Positions 23,170 to 26,028 of a stretch of 26,028 bases of DNA are shown piece by piece. How positions within the stretch are numbered: the first letter of the stretch is position 1; each line of letters starts with the position of its first letter. Made by a program: the position numbers and the translations under genes. The notes beneath the pieces are model-generated. The model made no database searches and was not told where the DNA came from. It saw only the letters and a program-made list of their open reading frames with translations. This DNA is from a virus (lineage: Duplodnaviria; Caudoviricetes), in the IMG/VR virus record IMGVR_UViG_3300047476_001619, positions 1-26,028 of that record; one strand, written 5' to 3'.

Positions 23170-25983
23170 TTAAATCTTTTTTCTTATAATATAGGTTAGT
23201 TTATCTGCTAACCTATATTTCTTTTTAAGATCTAACTTTTGAGCGATTTTTACCATAAGTTTAGATGATGCTACAACAGGTTCCTCTTCTTTGTCTTCTT
23301 CAGGATCTTCTTGAATTTGATTTGGTTGAGGAGTTTGTGGTAGACGAAGTCTTTCTCTTGCTTGTTCTTTTTCAAGGTTGAGATTTGTAATTATTTGAGT
23401 TTTTTCTTTGGAAAAATTCTGAAATAATTCTGGATTCTGTTGTTGAAATTGAGGAGTTGTTCTAAAGTACGGGATCCAATCCATAAAGAATTTTGGTTTG
23501 AGTTGTCTTAAAATATTAGTCATATTATCAGACATAATCTGTCCATTTGAATTGAAAATCTTAAGTAAAGTGTCATCTGAAAATTTATTTAATATCTCTG
23601 GATACCAAGAAGTCAAATATTCTAAATTAGATAAACCCCAAAAATTCTGAGTCATATCTTTCACAAGTTCAAATAATAAATTTTCATCATTATTGCTTTC
23701 AATTAAATTAACAATAAAAGTATTAGGTTTTTTATATATATCGCTTCTCCAAGTTTGACCAGAACTAAGAAATTCTCTTATGTTGTCAAAGTATAACTCA
23801 TATGTGTTAATGTCATTTGCATTGCTGAATAGTATATTTTTCAAGTCTGTACTTGCATGAGACTTTACTGAATTAGCAATTTCCTGTGAAGAAAATACTT
23901 CTTTTGGCAAATAATACATAAAGCTTGCCAATTGTTCATATTGTTTATCAGGATTTTCCTCTTCATCATCATTATTGTCATAGTCTTCATCATCGTCGTC
24001 CTTTTCTAGGGGATGAAAAAGATGAATGTTTTTGAAAATAGTACCAACTAATTTGTCAAAATTTTCGATAGATGTTTTCCAGAACTCTACATTATTTTTA
24101 TCTTTATCATTGACAATTTCAAAATGATCATTCATCAAATAAATAGTTTTAGACAAATTATTCAAAAGATTTTCAGGCTTAGATACGAGTTTGTCGTATT
24201 TTTTTTCATCAAGATTGGCAGCTTTGTCTGCTGCTCTATAAATTATAAATTCAGGATTATTCTTAAATTCTTCAGGAACAATATTCCATAAATACGCCCA
24301 ATGTTTTATGTCATCGATGTGATCAAACATTTGCATTGGATATTTTTCATTTCTTGCTTTATCTAATAAAGGTTTAATCGCTTCTGGAACGTGTAATAAC
24401 AATCTTGTATTTTCTAAAGAAGGATATTTTATGTAAACACTTCTTACGCCTTTGATAATAGCGAGTTTGTTTAAAAATTCATCTTTAAAATCTATTTCAG
24501 TATCTTTTTTTGCTGACATAAGTCCAATTTGTGGAAGAGCAACAGACCATTTTTCAGGGAAATTATTTAAAAATGGCGCTCCAGATGCTCTATTTAATAC
24601 AAGTTGCTTCACTTCTTCATTGTTTGTGTCAATGTATTCAAGAAATGCAAAATCATTATTATGGCCTAGCTCAAGACCAGCAAGTTGTTGTTTTAGATAA
24701 GAATTTAATAATTGTCTGTTTCTGCTAATCTTGTCAGTTTGAGTTTTGGGAAGAGTCAAGCCAGTATTAACATACTGTACTAAAATATCATTTCCACCAG
24801 GAGTTTCAAAAACATAATTGAAAATATTGTCAGGCATTATCCAACCTGTGCCAATAAATTTTGACAAGTATGTTTTAGCGTCATCAGTTTGTATAGTGAT
24901 TGAAGAAAATAAATCTTTATCTGGACTTTTAATTAGAGGAGTTTTTTCTAATACAAATTCTTCAGGAATAGTAATACCCGATCTCCAAGTCACTCCATTT
25001 AAAAACGCTTTATATTTTCCATTGTCTTCAATAAAATAACCAAGATCTCTCTGGCTTGGTGGAAATTTTAATTCAAACTTACCAGTTGACCACATTTTTA
25101 TGTCATTTTCAGTGAAAGGAGATTCTAAATTTGAATTTTTGAAGGATTTTGCAAACCCAGATAAATCAGTTAATAATTTTTCTTCTGGTGTGATTGGTCT
25201 ATTTTTTAAGATTTTTTCTTCATCACCAGTTTCAGGATTATTTGTTGTTGCATCGATATTTACACCCTTGCTTCTTAAATAAGTAAGATAAGTAGATATG
25301 TCTCTTCCTGTTATAGTTCGACCATTATATTCAAAAGAAATATCATTAGTTAAAGTTGTTCCAGTTCTATTGGGTATATCTGTAATTTGAACATCATTTT
25401 TATTGTATTGCAAAGCTACTTTTCTTTGATTAGGTGTTGGTGGATTCTCATCCCATACAATAAAAAATGTAGCAGCTTGATTACTTCTATAGCTCTGCCA
25501 CATATTATTGGGACCTTTGTAAGCAATACACCAAGAAGTGTCCGCTGCTAACTCTTTGCTATCTTGGGCTTGTTCAACTTTGTAAATTTTAATTCCATCA
25601 CCAGTGAGGACAGGAATTTGCTCAAAATTTTCATCTCTTTTTTGAATTACTTGTTGTCTTACTACAGGAAAATTTCCGTGAACAAAATTGATAAATTCAG
25701 TTAAATCATCAAAAGAATTATCATTTATTACAACAACACTTTTATTAACTTTAATATTAGCTGGGTTTAATTTCTTTATATTAATGTATTCAGTAAGATG
25801 ACTAACAATATCATTAATTGCAAACTCATCAGAATCTCTTGCTAACATCCAAGCAGCAATAGGTTTGAAGACAGAATTGTATTTATCTATTACCGCTCTG
25901 TAGTCAGCATAATTTTTTCCAAACTGATTAAAAATAGAAATAAATAATTCTTTTTGCGCAATTACTATTCGATTATTAAACAT
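23170..25983 (-). CDS. Large hypothetical protein (937 aa), possibly with a divergent PcfJ-like domain
   Basis: SKELAADTSWCIA....NMWQSY.....TFFIV motif in the N-terminal third; C-terminal KIAQKLDLKKKYRLADKL. Confidence 0.75.
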   Translation of the reverse strand: MFNNRIVIAQKELFISIFNQFGKNYADYRAVIDKYNSVFKPIAAWMLARDSDEFAINDIVSHLTEYINIKKLNPANIKVNKSVVVINDNSFDDLTEFINFVHGNFPVVRQQVIQKRDENFEQIPVLTGDGIKIYKVEQAQDSKELAADTSWCIAYKGPNNMWQSYRSNQAATFFIVWDENPPTPNQRKVALQYNKNDVQITDIPNRTGTTLTNDISFEYNGRTITGRDISTYLTYLRSKGVNIDATTNNPETGDEEKILKNRPITPEEKLLTDLSGFAKSFKNSNLESPFTENDIKMWSTGKFELKFPPSQRDLGYFIEDNGKYKAFLNGVTWRSGITIPEEFVLEKTPLIKSPDKDLFSSITIQTDDAKTYLSKFIGTGWIMPDNIFNYVFETPGGNDILVQYVNTGLTLPKTQTDKISRNRQLLNSYLKQQLAGLELGHNNDFAFLEYIDTNNEEVKQLVLNRASGAPFLNNFPEKWSVALPQIGLMSAKKDTEIDFKDEFLNKLAIIKGVRSVYIKYPSLENTRLLLHVPEAIKPLLDKARNEKYPMQMFDHIDDIKHWAYLWNIVPEEFKNNPEFIIYRAADKAANLDEKKYDKLVSKPENLLNNLSKTIYLMNDHFEIVNDKDKNNVEFWKTSIENFDKLVGTIFKNIHLFHPLEKDDDDEDYDNNDDEEENPDKQYEQLASFMYYLPKEVFSSQEIANSVKSHASTDLKNILFSNANDINTYELYFDNIREFLSSGQTWRSDIYKKPNTFIVNLIESNNDENLLFELVKDMTQNFWGLSNLEYLTSWYPEILNKFSDDTLLKIFNSNGQIMSDNMTNILRQLKPKFFMDWIPYFRTTPQFQQQNPELFQNFSKEKTQIITNLNLEKEQARERLRLPQTPQPNQIQEDPEEDKEEEPVVASSKLMVKIAQKLDLKKKYRLADKLTYIIRKKI

Positions 25984-26028
25984 TGTATTTTCTCAATATA
26001 TTTGTAAACTTATCTGCCAACTTATAAT
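25976..26028 (-). CDS. Partial ORF (3' end) ending in the shared YKLADK motif
   Basis: Manual translation ...YKLADKFTNILRKYNV*; stop overlaps the start of the 937 aa gene. Confidence 0.6.
   Translation of the reverse strand, partial: YKLADKFTNILRKYNV

Noticed and set aside
787-25282. Short antisense or alternate-frame ORFs in the track (787, 2012, 3495, 4019, 4206, 7534, 8920, 11651, 13526, 14255, 14940, 15146, 17509, 19868, 20895, 22175, 24452, 24531, 24818, 25100)
   Set aside because: They overlap better-supported genes and show no recognisable motifs, so they are likely shadow ORFs.
1-26028. Genome-wide TAG reassignment (alternative genetic code)
   Set aside because: Long genes (897, 937 and 599 aa) are open in the standard code, and TAG ends genes plausibly at 14799, 16822 and 20526. 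The tandem TAG at 7294-7299 is isolated.
1-26028. CRISPR array, rRNA, transposase or integrase
   Set aside because: No regularly spaced direct repeats, rRNA-like sequence or recombinase motifs were seen.

Overview
AT-rich, gene-dense segment of what looks like a large tailed-phage genome. Evidence: many short overlapping ORFs, five tRNA genes without encoded CCA, an HNH endonuclease, RusA, a DNA methyltransferase, ART- and PcfJ-like proteins, and no cellular housekeeping operons. The left half (1-13.4 kb, minus strand) is an accessory region: FeoA, an OB-fold protein, a YhaM-like HD hydrolase, several DUF2829/Tad2-like proteins, GDP-mannose 4,6-dehydratase, a secreted FN3 protein, a DEDDh exonuclease and a Fic protein. 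The centre holds the tRNA genes and many unannotated single-TM micropeptides. The strongest finding is two related, ORF-less group I introns in tRNA anticodons at two different positions: tRNA-Asn(GUU) at 35/36 and tRNA-Arg(UCU) at 34/35. A free-standing HNH endonuclease lies between them. Other candidates are a prepilin-mimic micropeptide, shared terminal peptide motifs on unrelated large proteins, orphan antitoxin-like fragments, a possibly split YhaM, an ORF with tandem UAG codons in a hairpin loop, frequent leaderless gene starts and a GC-skew switch. All family assignments come from motif recognition by eye; no searches were run.
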